A stretch of DNA of 64,000 bases. It comes from an uncultured Verrucomicrobiota bacterium (GTDB lineage Bacteria > Verrucomicrobiota > Verrucomicrobiia > Limisphaerales > UBA9464). Location of the stretch: assembly GCA_903821635.1 (NCBI GenBank), contig CAIJLV010000054.1, positions 564 to 64,563 of the forward strand, read 5' to 3'. The notes under the pieces were generated by a model, which did no database searches, was not told the DNA's origin, and saw only the letters and a list, made by a program, of their open reading frames with translations. Of the stretch, positions 29,401-39,100 are shown in pieces; position 1 is the first letter of the stretch; each line of letters starts with the position of its first letter. Both the position numbers and the translations under genes were made by a program.

Positions 29401-31650
29401 GGTGCCGACGGGGGCGGAGAGCGCGAGTTGGAAACCGTTCGAGAACACGCCGCCGTGACGGCTGAAGCCGGGGGCGGTGGTGGCGGGGTAGAGATTTTTG
29501 CTGCGGAGTTGATTGAGGACGTTGGCGGAGCGCTGGTTGAAATAGTTGCCCATGATCTCGTTTACGGAGCTGAGCCAGTTTTGGCGGGTCAGGGGGGCGG
29601 TGGGCCGCTTGGAGTCGCCCCACCGGGCCGACTCGGCGACGACCGCCGAATAAATCTGGTTGGTGCGGGCACCGAAACGGGCGCGGGCGGCCTCAGGGGT
29701 CAGGGCACCGCCGTTGAAGAAGTGGGCCTGCACGCGATCGGCGACGCGGAGGCGGAATTCGGGGTTGGCGCTGAGCTTCTGCCAGATCCACTGCGGGTTG
29801 CTTTTACTCACGCCGGTGTCGCCCGAAGAGAAGGGGCCAGTGCGGTTTTGGGTGACTTCGAGGAGGGTGTGTTCGGCGTCATGCGAAGTGAAACGGAAGC
29901 CCCCGTAGGCGCCGCTGCGATTGCGCTGGCCATACCAGTTGTTGGGCGAGGAATTACCGAGGAAGTTGGAGATCGGGGCGTCGAGGTTACCGCCGAAGAG
30001 GATGACCAGCATGTAGTCGATGAGGTTGTCCACATCGAGCAGGTTTTCGTAGGCGGGATTGGGCGTGCCGTCGGCGTTGCGGCCCTCGATTTTGAAGTAG
30101 GCGGCGTTGCTGACGAAGCCGGAGCGGCCGGCGTTGTAGAGCCGCGTCCAGGCCTGCATGTCGCCGTCGGTGGCGTTGAGGGTGTAGGGGCCGGCTTCGA
30201 CTTTGATGACGTCCCAGTCCTCCTTGTTGCCGCCGTAATAAGTGCTGGAGTAGGCGGCTTCGGGGCGTTCGCAGGTGTTATAAAGCCCCCAATACTGGCC
30301 GTTAATGTAGAGATGGTAGTAGTTGCCGCGCTCACCCTGCCGGCCCATCGCGAGCTGGGTGTCGCGGCTGAATTGGTCGCGGATGAAGACGCCGGTGCTA
30401 TCGCCTTGGAAGCTCCAAGAATAGTTCTGGAAGGTGCGCAGATCGAGTGCGTCGAACTCGTCGGCGCCTTGGTCGCCAAAGAGCGGATATTTGAGCTTCG
30501 AGTCCCCGTATTCCTCGCGGAAGAAGAAGCGCAGGGCGTGCTTGGGGTTGTCGGTGCTGCGCGAAAAACCGCCGCGGATGCGGATGCCGGCGTTGACCTG
30601 GAAACCGTTTTTGCCATCGGGCTGCATCAATTCCAGTGAAATGGGGCGTTCCCAAGCACGTCCGTCTTGGCCGGGGTTGGCGTAGATGCCGGTCGAGGCG
30701 TTGAAGAGGTGGTTCAAATCCGTCACCACGCTGAAGGAGGGCAGCGACTTTAGGGCGGGGATGATTTCGTCCCGGTAGAGAGCTGAGTTTACGATGTCCG
30801 GATCCATGCCGTAGTCGCGCACGTTGAACCCCCAAGACGCGGGCCAGCCGGGTGGGGCGACGCCATTGGTGGCCTGCCGGATGACGTCCGCCAGAAACAG
30901 ATAGGTGTGCGTGTCTACGCCTGACGGTTGAAGGCCGGCCTTAAAGGCCGCCGCCCGCACGATGGCGGTGCCGCTCAGAGAAATCGGACCGGCGTAGGTG
31001 AAGCCGTTGTTCAAGCTCGGCGGCGTGCCGTTGGTCGTGTAGCGGATCGTCGCGCCTGCGGTGGCGGTGCTGATCACCAAATCGAACGCCTGCTCGTAGA
31101 AGCCGCGGTCGTGGCTGAATTTGGTGTCGGCCACGAAATCCGCAAAGCCGCCGGTATTGGCCAAGCCCGGCGAGGGCGGGGAGAAGAAGTAGCGTTGGCC
31201 GGCTCGGGTGCCGAACGAGATGTCCGTCTTTTGGGCGGGGTATTCCGGGGCAAACTCGGTGGCTGGCACGGATGAATCAGGCGGAAACAGGGCGAGGTAT
31301 TCCCCATTGGCCGCGAGGCTGAAGCTGGTGTGCAACTGGGCGCCCGCTTGGGCCCGGTCCTTGCCGGAGGCGAACACCACCAAAAAGGCACCGGCATTCA
31401 GGTTGGTGGCGGGGAACCGCCATTTGGCCGGCAGCGCGGGGTCGTCGGTAAGCGACCAGTCTTGGAGATTCACCCTGCTGGCTGAGGTGTTTTGCACCTC
31501 GATCCAGTCGGAGAATTCGCCCTCCTCATCCGCCCTTTGGCTGTTGTTACTGGCGAGAAATTCAGTGAGGGCAACCTGCGCCTGCCCGGAAGCCAGCAGG
31601 CTCAGGGCGGCAAAACAGGTCAGCAGGCGGCGAAGAAACAGACGGCTCAT
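26425..31650 (-). CDS. Large secreted CotH-kinase / lamin-tail-domain protein with Ig/PKD-like modules
   Basis: Three or more LTD starts (LTEFLASN, ITELMYNP, INELLTH, ISEFNYHP), YTTNGTPP and YTTDGSDP modules, CotH-like core (IRIRGG, YINGQYWGLY...ER, NNWY, HDAE). Signal peptide from ATG 31650. Confidence 0.88.
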   Translation of the reverse strand: MSRLFLRRLLTCFAALSLLASGQAQVALTEFLASNNSQRADEEGEFSDWIEVQNTSASRVNLQDWSLTDDPALPAKWRFPATNLNAGAFLVVFASGKDRAQAGAQLHTSFSLAANGEYLALFPPDSSVPATEFAPEYPAQKTDISFGTRAGQRYFFSPPSPGLANTGGFADFVADTKFSHDRGFYEQAFDLVISTATAGATIRYTTNGTPPSLNNGFTYAGPISLSGTAIVRAAAFKAGLQPSGVDTHTYLFLADVIRQATNGVAPPGWPASWGFNVRDYGMDPDIVNSALYRDEIIPALKSLPSFSVVTDLNHLFNASTGIYANPGQDGRAWERPISLELMQPDGKNGFQVNAGIRIRGGFSRSTDNPKHALRFFFREEYGDSKLKYPLFGDQGADEFDALDLRTFQNYSWSFQGDSTGVFIRDQFSRDTQLAMGRQGERGNYYHLYINGQYWGLYNTCERPEAAYSSTYYGGNKEDWDVIKVEAGPYTLNATDGDMQAWTRLYNAGRSGFVSNAAYFKIEGRNADGTPNPAYENLLDVDNLIDYMLVILFGGNLDAPISNFLGNSSPNNWYGQRNRSGAYGGFRFTSHDAEHTLLEVTQNRTGPFSSGDTGVSKSNPQWIWQKLSANPEFRLRVADRVQAHFFNGGALTPEAARARFGARTNQIYSAVVAESARWGDSKRPTAPLTRQNWLSSVNEIMGNYFNQRSANVLNQLRSKNLYPATTAPGFSRHGGVFSNGFQLALSAPVGTLHYTTDGSDPRLLGGAVSPTARSGPSGLVLPLTESVLVRARALNGTNWSALNEADFILAQTWRTLAITELMYNPPPVGDVDGDRFEFIELKNTGATELDLSGVGFTNGLSFTFPRGSALAPGAFAVLVSDRDAFTNRHPTVPVAGVYAGKLANGGERLTLSHATGETIFEVTYGDAAPWPASADGGGFSLVPTNPNANPDPNVATHWRASAQAGGSPGSDDPVGAIPRVVINELLTHTDPPLFDSVELHNPTAEVAEISGWFLTDDARVPNQFRLPNDTVIPAGGYLVLTEADFNQAGSPNRFNFSSHGEQVWLFSANAAGTLTGYSDGFSFPAAANGDSFGRYTNSVGELQFPTQAARTFGAANAGPALSPVVISEFNYHPRAGDVEFVELHNLTDAAVPLFDPAFPTHRWRVAGLDFEFPAGALLPARGFAVVTAGDPTLFRSRYGIPAAVPVFGPFLGNLQDGGERLELQRPDSPDFTTNSTGQAVTVVPYLVVDSVRYRDQAPWPTAAAGLGATLERRIPVRYGDDPAAWRASPLGGSPGFDNRANRPPVADAGPDRDLVEAAFPVTLPVAATATDDGQPGEPLSYSWSQISGPAGVVFGARNAANTTVAVPGTGLFGLRVTVSDGELASSDDLLVSVTRSAGEVTLLAAGSLWRYLDTGVDQGTAWRAPSFNDSAWPAGRAQLGFGDSDETTVIGFGPDAGNKYPTTYFRTRFNVLSASSMQSLKLGVLRDDGAAVYLNGVEIFRSNLPEGTLTYNSLANSAVGGADESAFFESPIDLGPLLEGENVLAVEVHQSGGGSSDLSFDLTLTGQRLPGNTGPTAGAGSDRTTTVGEPLLLTATFTDDGLPSPPGVPTFTWTQVSGPGTTTFTAPNSPQTIVTFDLAGTYRLRFGVNDSLLAGEDEVQVSVTEATAEPVVLSVLPGTPPQVRFTTQAGVSYTILARDQLTSGAWLKVLDVPAGTAGRIIDVPLTGPGETRYLQVVSPMWP

Positions 31651-31798
31651 GGCGCAAATCACGTGATGGAGACCTTCTAAATTGAGCAAATTCCGGGCCG
31701 ATTAGCAATTTTGTCGTCGGTTAATCAGGCCGAACCAACCGTCGAAATCAGCTCCGCCGTCGATCGGAGGGGTGAGCGGGAATTGGGGGGGACATAGA

Positions 31799-31814
31799 TA
31801 CGTAAATATACGTA
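31799..31814. promoter_or_regulatory. TACGTA-N4-TACGTA box, copy 1
   Basis: TACGTA aata TACGTA, ending 54 nt before ATG 31868. Confidence 0.7.
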
Positions 31815-31867
31815 GAGGGTTGATTATGAGTCGTCACTGCGGGCTTGCCCCCCAAGGTGTCAGCGAC

Positions 31868-34800
31868 ATGAGGCTCCGCTTGATTCGTCGGTTGTTGGGG
31901 TTTGGTTCGTTGACCGTCGCGGCCTTGGCCCAATCGCCGGGTTCCCTAGACACCAACTACGTGACGCTGCCCGGCACGGATTCCACGCCAAACTTCGTGG
32001 TTCCGCTCGCCGCCGGCAGGGTCATGACCGGCGGCAGCTTCACGAACTACGGCGGCAGCGGCCGGGCGGGATTGGTGCGCCTGAATGCCGACGGAACCGT
32101 GGACACTACCTTCGCGTTGCCGGCGCCGAAGTCCGTTTCGCCGCCCATCGTCTTCAACGGCACGGTGCTCTTTGCCGGCTCGACCAATGCGGGGAACATC
32201 CTCGGTGCGGCGGTCCGGCCGGACGGGCGCACGGTGTTCTACGGGCAATTCACCCGCCTCGGGACGGTGGACAATACGAACAACCTCGCCTTGGCCAACG
32301 CCGACGGTTCGCTGGCGCCGTTCACGCCGAACCTTGCCTTGGTGACGCGGGCCAGCGTGCTGAATGGACCCGGCGACAGTGTCTATGTCGGCGGTGCCTG
32401 GAACGTGGTGGATGCCGCCAAGCCGGTGATCCAGCGCCTGAAGGCCGACGGCTCGAACGATGCGACCTTCGTCGGGCCGACGCCGGCTTCGCTCGGCTAT
32501 GCGGCCGGACAGGTCAGCACCCTGCTCCGTGGTCCCGGAGATACGCTCTACGCTGTCATCATCTCGACCACGCAGGAGGTGATCCGCCTGACGGCCACCG
32601 GTGCGCTCGACGCCACGTTTGCCGACGGGGGCCGGGCCGCCGGCAGCTTTTCCACGACCCGGTTTGCCGGCACCCCCAGCGGCCAGCTGGTGCTTAGCGG
32701 CACCGGCCTCTACCGCGGCACGGCGCGTGTGAGTTCCCTGACCCGGCTGACGCTGGATGGGGCAATTGATGTCACTTTTGTTCCGCCCGCCGGCATCACC
32801 CTGAGCAGCGAAATCGGCGTGCAGGCGGACAACAAGGTGGTGGCGCTGGACGTGCCCGGCACGGTGGCGGCCCGTTTCAATGAGAACGGCTCGCGCGATC
32901 CCGGTTATGTCGATCCGGGTAAGGTGAAGCTGCCGGTGGTCGCTGCCTTCGACATGGCGATCGGCCCGGACGGTTCCGCTTTTGTCGCCGGGTTGTTCTA
33001 CAACGCGCAGTTCCAGCAGTTTAATGGCGTCTTCCACCTCCTAGGTGATCCCAACACCGCCCCGACCATCGCCACCCAACCGCTGGCGCAGACCAACACG
33101 CTGGGCGCACGCACCCGCTTCACTGTCACGGCGCAAGGCGCGGCGCCTTTGAGTTACCAATGGTTTCGCGGAACGACGCTGATTCCCGGGGCGACCGCCG
33201 CCGAATTGATCCTGCCCGTGACGGCGGTGGCGGATGACGCGGACTTTCACTGCGTGGTATCGAACAGCCTTGGCTCCACGCCGAGCGCCGCGGTTCACCT
33301 GACCCTGCTCGATCCGATCCCGGGCACGGTCCATCGCGAGACGGACGTGCCGGTGGGTCCCAACGATGAAGTCCGCGACCTCGCCTTTGATGCGGCCGGT
33401 GGCCTGGTGGCGAGCGGCCGGTTCTTGAAATGGGACAACACGGGCCGCGCCCACCTCGCACGGCTGCTGCCCGGCTCGGAGGACCTTGATCCGGCCTTGA
33501 GCCCCACCCCGCAGTCCACCGCGAACGGAAGCCACGTGCAGGTGTTGCCGCTGGCCGACGGCAAGGTGTTCGTGGCCGGTCTGGCCGGGGTCAGCTACAA
33601 CGGCAAGAACCACGAGGGGATCGTCCGCTTCAACGCCGACGGCTCGGTGGATACCACCTTCAATCCCACCGGCTCGGGCGGCTCCCTGACCATTTCAAGC
33701 GTGAGTGACAATAGCTCGCTCGTGGCGGTGGGAGCGGACGGCAAGGTGGTGCTCGCCGCGCAGACGTGGAACGACGAAAACGTCGTCGTTTCGTTCGTTG
33801 GTTCGTATATCCGCCTGAACGAGAACGGCACCCGGGACACCAGCTTCGCGCTGCGCGGCTCCAGTTACTTCGTGACCACCACGGTCATCACCGCGCTGCC
33901 CGATGGGCGTTATCTCGTGGCGGGAACCACCAACAGTGTGGGCTCCGCCTTCACCGGCGTGCTCCGCCTGAATGCCGACGGCACGGTGGACCGGACCTTC
34001 CAGACCGCCAGTCCCTACACGCTGGGCGCCGGGGTGAATGACCTCCTCGTGCAACCCGACGGACGCATCCTGGTGGCGGGCACCTTCAACGTCCGGAACG
34101 ACCTGACCCTTGGCCTCATCCGCCTGCTGCCGGATGGCCGGCTCGACCCGACCTTCAATGGTGTGCCCCAATTGTCGCAGTCGCCGAACTTCAGCCGCGG
34201 CGACGTGCGCCGCCTCGCGTTGCAGGCCGACGGCCGGATCGTAGCACTGGCTCGTCCGCTGAACGGAACCTTCCCGACGGCCAACGTGGTGCGCTTCTGG
34301 CCCAGCGGCGCGCTCGATCCGGAGTTTCAGGTGGCGACCAATTTGAGCCGCAACGGCAACCCGATCCTGTTCGCCGTTGCGGCGCGCCCGGACAACGCGC
34401 TCTTCGTGGGCGGCAACTTCACCGAGTTCTCCGGGTTTCCGCGCAAGAGTTTCGTCCGCCTCAACGGCGGTCCGCTGCGTCCCACGCCGGCGGCGCCGAC
34501 CATCGCCAGCCAACCCGCCCGCGTCGTGGCCAAGGTCGGAACCAACGTTACCTTCACGATCGTTCCCGGCGGCGCCGGTCCGTTCCAATTCCAGTGGCGG
34601 CGTAATCTCGCGCCCGGCTCCACGAACTTCACCGACATCCTCGGTGCCACCAACGCCAGCCTCACGGTGAACAACCTGCGGCTCACGCCGACGGACGCGG
34701 GCCTGTTCCAGTGTGGCGTCGTGAATCCGGGCGGCTCGGTTTACAGCGCCGTCATCCCGCTGTTGGTTGAGCCGGACCCCGCGTCGCCGGGGCAGGTGGA

Positions 34801-36004
34801 CCCCAGTTTCGTGCCCACGGTGGTGCTCGACCGGAGGGTTCAGCAGATGGCCGTGAATCCGGATGGCTCCGCTTACGCTGTGGCCGGCGGTATCTTGGTG
34901 CGCCTGTTCGAGGATGGCACCCGCGACACGACCTTCACCTCGCCCGCGGACCTGTTTGTGCCGGGTGTGGGCGGCATCTCGGTTGTGCGCCGGCAGCCTG
35001 ACGGCAAAATCTTGGTCGGCGGCGCGTGGAAAGACGGCGCGTTGGCGCGCCTGCTGCCCGACGGCAGTTACGATCCGTCCTTTGTCCGGGGCAATGGCTT
35101 CACCGCCAATTCCCGGATCTCGCTGATCGAACTCCAAAGCGACGGAAAGATCCTGGTCGTGCTGCCGCAGGGCGGTCAGTTCCGGAACGTGGCTGGGAAG
35201 ACCGTGTCGTCCCTCGCACGATTCCTGCCCGACGGAACGCTGGACGACACTTTCCAGTCCCTGGACCTGATCGCAGCGCTCCCCGGCATCGGAACTAACC
35301 CGGGCGCCTTGACCGGGCTGCGGGTGCTCGACGATGACCGGCTTTACCTCGGCGGCATTTTCACCTCGGTGCAGGGCGTGGCGCGCTTCGGCGTGGCGCG
35401 GTTGGACGCCGCCGGTTCGCTCGACACGACCTTCGTGCCGCCGACCAACGGTTTGGTCACCATCGGGTTTGGTTCGATGGGATTCTACGCCCTCGGGCCC
35501 GTTACCCCGGACGGCGGCCTCTACATCTTCGGTCGCTTCACCCAGCCCACGCGAACCGCGCTGCGGCTGCGCCCCGACGGGACGGCTGAAGCCGGTTTCC
35601 TCGTCGCCACCAGTGACGAAATCGAAGCCGGTGTCCTGCAAGCCGACGGCAAGCTGATCTTCAGCCACAGCGGCGTGATTGAACGGGTCAACCCCGACGG
35701 CACGACCGACGCCGCGTGGAATAAGACCGGGGCCTTCAACGTGGAAATGACGATCCTGCCCGACGGCAAACTGCTCGCCGGTGGCAGCCGCTTCTTCACC
35801 GGGATCGGCCCGGCGACGGTTGCTCCGGAAGTGAACTTCACCCTCACGCCGGACGGCCTGACCCTCGCGTGGCCGGCTGGTTACCAACTGCAACGTGCCA
35901 AGACGCTGTCGCCGCCGGACTGGCAGGACCTGGCGAATCCGTCGCCGTTCACCGTGCCGCTGGGCGGGCCGGGCGAATTCTTCCGCGTGGTGCCGGCGCC
36001 GTGA
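31868..36004 (+). CDS. Secreted delta-60 repeat (DUF5122-like) protein with two Ig domains, paralogue 1
   Basis: Repeated RLNADGTVDTTF / QPDGRILVAG units; Ig-like PTIATQP...YQW...C; signal peptide MRLRLIRR. Confidence 0.9.
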   Translation: MRLRLIRRLLGFGSLTVAALAQSPGSLDTNYVTLPGTDSTPNFVVPLAAGRVMTGGSFTNYGGSGRAGLVRLNADGTVDTTFALPAPKSVSPPIVFNGTVLFAGSTNAGNILGAAVRPDGRTVFYGQFTRLGTVDNTNNLALANADGSLAPFTPNLALVTRASVLNGPGDSVYVGGAWNVVDAAKPVIQRLKADGSNDATFVGPTPASLGYAAGQVSTLLRGPGDTLYAVIISTTQEVIRLTATGALDATFADGGRAAGSFSTTRFAGTPSGQLVLSGTGLYRGTARVSSLTRLTLDGAIDVTFVPPAGITLSSEIGVQADNKVVALDVPGTVAARFNENGSRDPGYVDPGKVKLPVVAAFDMAIGPDGSAFVAGLFYNAQFQQFNGVFHLLGDPNTAPTIATQPLAQTNTLGARTRFTVTAQGAAPLSYQWFRGTTLIPGATAAELILPVTAVADDADFHCVVSNSLGSTPSAAVHLTLLDPIPGTVHRETDVPVGPNDEVRDLAFDAAGGLVASGRFLKWDNTGRAHLARLLPGSEDLDPALSPTPQSTANGSHVQVLPLADGKVFVAGLAGVSYNGKNHEGIVRFNADGSVDTTFNPTGSGGSLTISSVSDNSSLVAVGADGKVVLAAQTWNDENVVVSFVGSYIRLNENGTRDTSFALRGSSYFVTTTVITALPDGRYLVAGTTNSVGSAFTGVLRLNADGTVDRTFQTASPYTLGAGVNDLLVQPDGRILVAGTFNVRNDLTLGLIRLLPDGRLDPTFNGVPQLSQSPNFSRGDVRRLALQADGRIVALARPLNGTFPTANVVRFWPSGALDPEFQVATNLSRNGNPILFAVAARPDNALFVGGNFTEFSGFPRKSFVRLNGGPLRPTPAAPTIASQPARVVAKVGTNVTFTIVPGGAGPFQFQWRRNLAPGSTNFTDILGATNASLTVNNLRLTPTDAGLFQCGVVNPGGSVYSAVIPLLVEPDPASPGQVDPSFVPTVVLDRRVQQMAVNPDGSAYAVAGGILVRLFEDGTRDTTFTSPADLFVPGVGGISVVRRQPDGKILVGGAWKDGALARLLPDGSYDPSFVRGNGFTANSRISLIELQSDGKILVVLPQGGQFRNVAGKTVSSLARFLPDGTLDDTFQSLDLIAALPGIGTNPGALTGLRVLDDDRLYLGGIFTSVQGVARFGVARLDAAGSLDTTFVPPTNGLVTIGFGSMGFYALGPVTPDGGLYIFGRFTQPTRTALRLRPDGTAEAGFLVATSDEIEAGVLQADGKLIFSHSGVIERVNPDGTTDAAWNKTGAFNVEMTILPDGKLLAGGSRFFTGIGPATVAPEVNFTLTPDGLTLAWPAGYQLQRAKTLSPPDWQDLANPSPFTVPLGGPGEFFRVVPAP

Positions 36005-36105
36005 GGGTTCGAATCCGAGACCGGTTCGCTACGGGGCTGCGCCAGGCAGGTAGGCTAGTGTGAAAGCGGGGGCAGGTTGGGGGGCACCGAGGACGGGAGC
36101 GGGCA

Positions 36106-36121
36106 TACGTAGTTATACGTA
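36106..36121. promoter_or_regulatory. TACGTA-N4-TACGTA box, copy 2
   Basis: TACGTA gtta TACGTA, ending 56 nt before GTG 36177. Confidence 0.7.
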
Positions 36122-36176
36122 GAAACCTCAAAGAGGCTAGCCCTCGGGAAAGGATTTCGTTTGGGTTTCCCAAGTT

Positions 36177-39100
36177 GTGAGGATTTCAGCCTTGGTTTCA
36201 TTCTTGGTCGGCTTGCAGTTTGCGTTGCCGGTGGTGGCGCAGCAGCCGGGGTCGTTGGACACCAACTATGTGGCGGTGGCCGGCACCGATGTGGCCCCCA
36301 ACATTCTAGCCCCGCTGGCTGACGGTCGGCTTTACGTGGGTGGCTCGTTTACCAATTACGGCGGCGCTGGCCGGGCCCAGATGGCGCGGTTGCTGCCGAC
36401 GGGCCAGGTGGACACCAGTTTCACCCTGCCGCCGCTCCGCGTGATCAACGCGGCTGTGATCTTCAACGGGCAGGTGCTTGTGCCCGCCTCCACCAATGTC
36501 GGCAATGTGGGCGCCATTCTGCCATTGCCGGATGGCCGCGCGGTGATCGCCGGCAAATTCAATCACTTGGGCGCCACGCCGGCCCGGGGCTTGGCCTTGT
36601 TGAACTTGGATGGGTCGCCGGCGGTCACGGCCTTCGACTTCGAAACCATCGAGCCGGAGGCGTTGCTCGCCGGCCCGGGCGGAACCTTCTACGCGGGTGG
36701 GAAAGGGAATCTAGTGTCCCAGCGGCTGCCGTTGCTCCGCTTCCGGCCCGATGGTTCCCGCGATCCCAGCTTCACCCCGCCGCTGCTCACGGAACTCGGC
36801 TATGCCAGTGCCAATCCGTTCATCCTCCGGGCGGGACCTGACGACACGCTTTACTCGATCACGGCCGCTGCGGTGGGCTTTACGCCGACCTCTGACATCG
36901 TGCGCCTGACCAGTTCCGGGGCGTTGGATTCCACCTTTGCCGGCACGGGCAAAGCTGGCATTCCGTTCGCCAATTTTTCCAGTTTTGTCACCGATGCGGC
37001 GGGGCGCATGACTTTCACCGGGGTCACTAGCTACCGCGGCGCCACGCTCACTCGGAAGATCAACCGGCTCACGCGGGATGGCAGTTTGGACGCCACGTAT
37101 CAGGTCGCATTGGATCCTGGATTTGGGGCGCGTGTGGTGGCGGTGCAGGCCGACGGCAAACTGCTCTATACCGGGGGCCAACTCCCCATCAACCGGCTCA
37201 AAGCGGACGGCACGGTGGATACCGCCTACGCCGATCCGGGCAAGGTGCCCGTGCCGCAGAATTTCTTGTCGTTGAGCCAGTTTGCGTTGGCCCAGGACGG
37301 AAGCCTGTTCGCGGGCGGTTTCACCTTTTCGAAGAGCTTTGCGCTGATCAATGGCGTCTATCATATCTTTGGCGATCCCAACTCCGCGCCGGTCCTCGCG
37401 GTCCAACCCGTGGCGCAGACTAATACGCTGGGCGCCCGCACGCGGTTTAGTGTCACGGCTCAGGGGGCGTCGCCGCTGACGTATCAATGGTTTCGAAACG
37501 GGGTGGCCATCGGTGGCGCCACTGAGAGTAACTTGATTCTGGAACCGACCACCGCCGCGGATGCGGCCGCCGACTTCCACTGCGTGGTCGCGAATAGCTT
37601 GGGGGCCGCGCCTTCGGAAACCGCCCGGTTGACGCTGCTGGAACCCGTCGCGGGCAACGTGTATCGCGAGACTGATCCGCCGACCGGGGCGAATTCCCAA
37701 ATCCTCGACCTGCAATTCGACGCCACGGGCGGCCTGATTGCCGCGGGCGGTTTCACCCAGTTCAACGGGACGAACCGCATCCGGATCGCCCGCTTGATCG
37801 ACCACGGTCGGCACGTGGACCCGGCGTATGATACTGCGACCCTGAACGATTTAAGTCTGGTGCAGCACGTGCTGCCGCTCCGCTCGGGCAAGGTGCTGGC
37901 GCTGGGCAATTTCGGCGTCACCTACAACGGCGTGCAGCACAACGATGCGGTGCGGTTGCACCTCAACGGTGCCCTCGATACCACGTTCAACCCCACGGGC
38001 AGGGGCGGTTTGTCGGGCTCCCGCTTTTCCGAGGGCCCGGGTGGGGAACTGCTGGTGGCGACGGGAAGGTGGAACGATGAGTTGCTCCCGTTCGCGTTTG
38101 GCCGCCTCAGCGCCGAGGGGGTGCGCGAAGCTTCCTTCGTGCCTTCGCCCGCGTTCTTCCCGGGCGGACTCGTGCTGGCTTTGCCCGATGGTAAGGTGCT
38201 GGTCGGCGGTCGGACCAACAGTGCCGGTAGTTCCAGCGGCGTGCTGCGGTTAAACGCGGACGGCTCGCAGGATGGGAGCTTTTACCGGGGACTACAGCCG
38301 GATTTCACGGCGCTGACCCCGACGGCCCTGTTGCGGCAGCCGGACGGCAAGATCTTGGTCGCCGGCACTTTCAACCGGCTCGTCGGTTTCCAGAACTATA
38401 CGCTCGGCGTCATCCGTCTGCTGGAGCACGGGCAACTCGACCCGAGCTTCAATCCGGTCCCCGCGTTGTCCTCCCTAGTCGGCTTCCCGGTGCAGCGGAT
38501 CGCGCTACAGGCGGACGGGCGGATCCTGATTCAAGGCGCGTTCACTAGCGTGGGCGGTTTCCCGCGCCCGGGGGTTGCCCGGCTCTGGTCCAACGGCGTG
38601 GTGGACATCGAATTCGCCACCGGTTCGCCGCGGCGCACCTACCTCTCCGGCAATCCCTTGGGCACCGTGTCCGCGCTCGCGGTGTCGCCTACCAACGAGA
38701 TTTTCCTCGGCGGCGACTTCCACCAATTTGACGGATTGCCGCGAACCAATTTCGTGCGGGTCCTTGGCGGACCGCTGCGCGCGCCGCCGGCGCCGCCGAC
38801 CCTCGCCAGCGTGCCGGCGCGCGTGGTGGCGGCCACTGGCACCAACGTGACGCTGACAGTCGTGCCGGCGGGAGAAGGCCCCTTCCAGTATCAATGGCGG
38901 CGCAACTCGCAAACCGGCTCGTCCCTGTTCACTGACATCCTCGGCGCGACCAACGCCAGCCTGTCGTTGGCCAACCTCCGGGTGGAGGATTCCGGTCTGT
39001 TCCAAGTAGCGGTGGTGAATCCAGGCGGAGCGATCTTCAGCGCCTACCTCCCGCTGCTCGTGGAGCCAAGCCCGGTGGTGCCGGGAACGATTGACCGTTC

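Noticed and set aside
33695-35893. 732-aa antisense ORF, and similar long shadow ORFs (17486-18601, 22442-23866, 40691-42181, 29395-30639)
   Set aside because: They lie opposite well-supported genes in GC-rich DNA and have no recognisable motifs; expected codon-bias artefacts.
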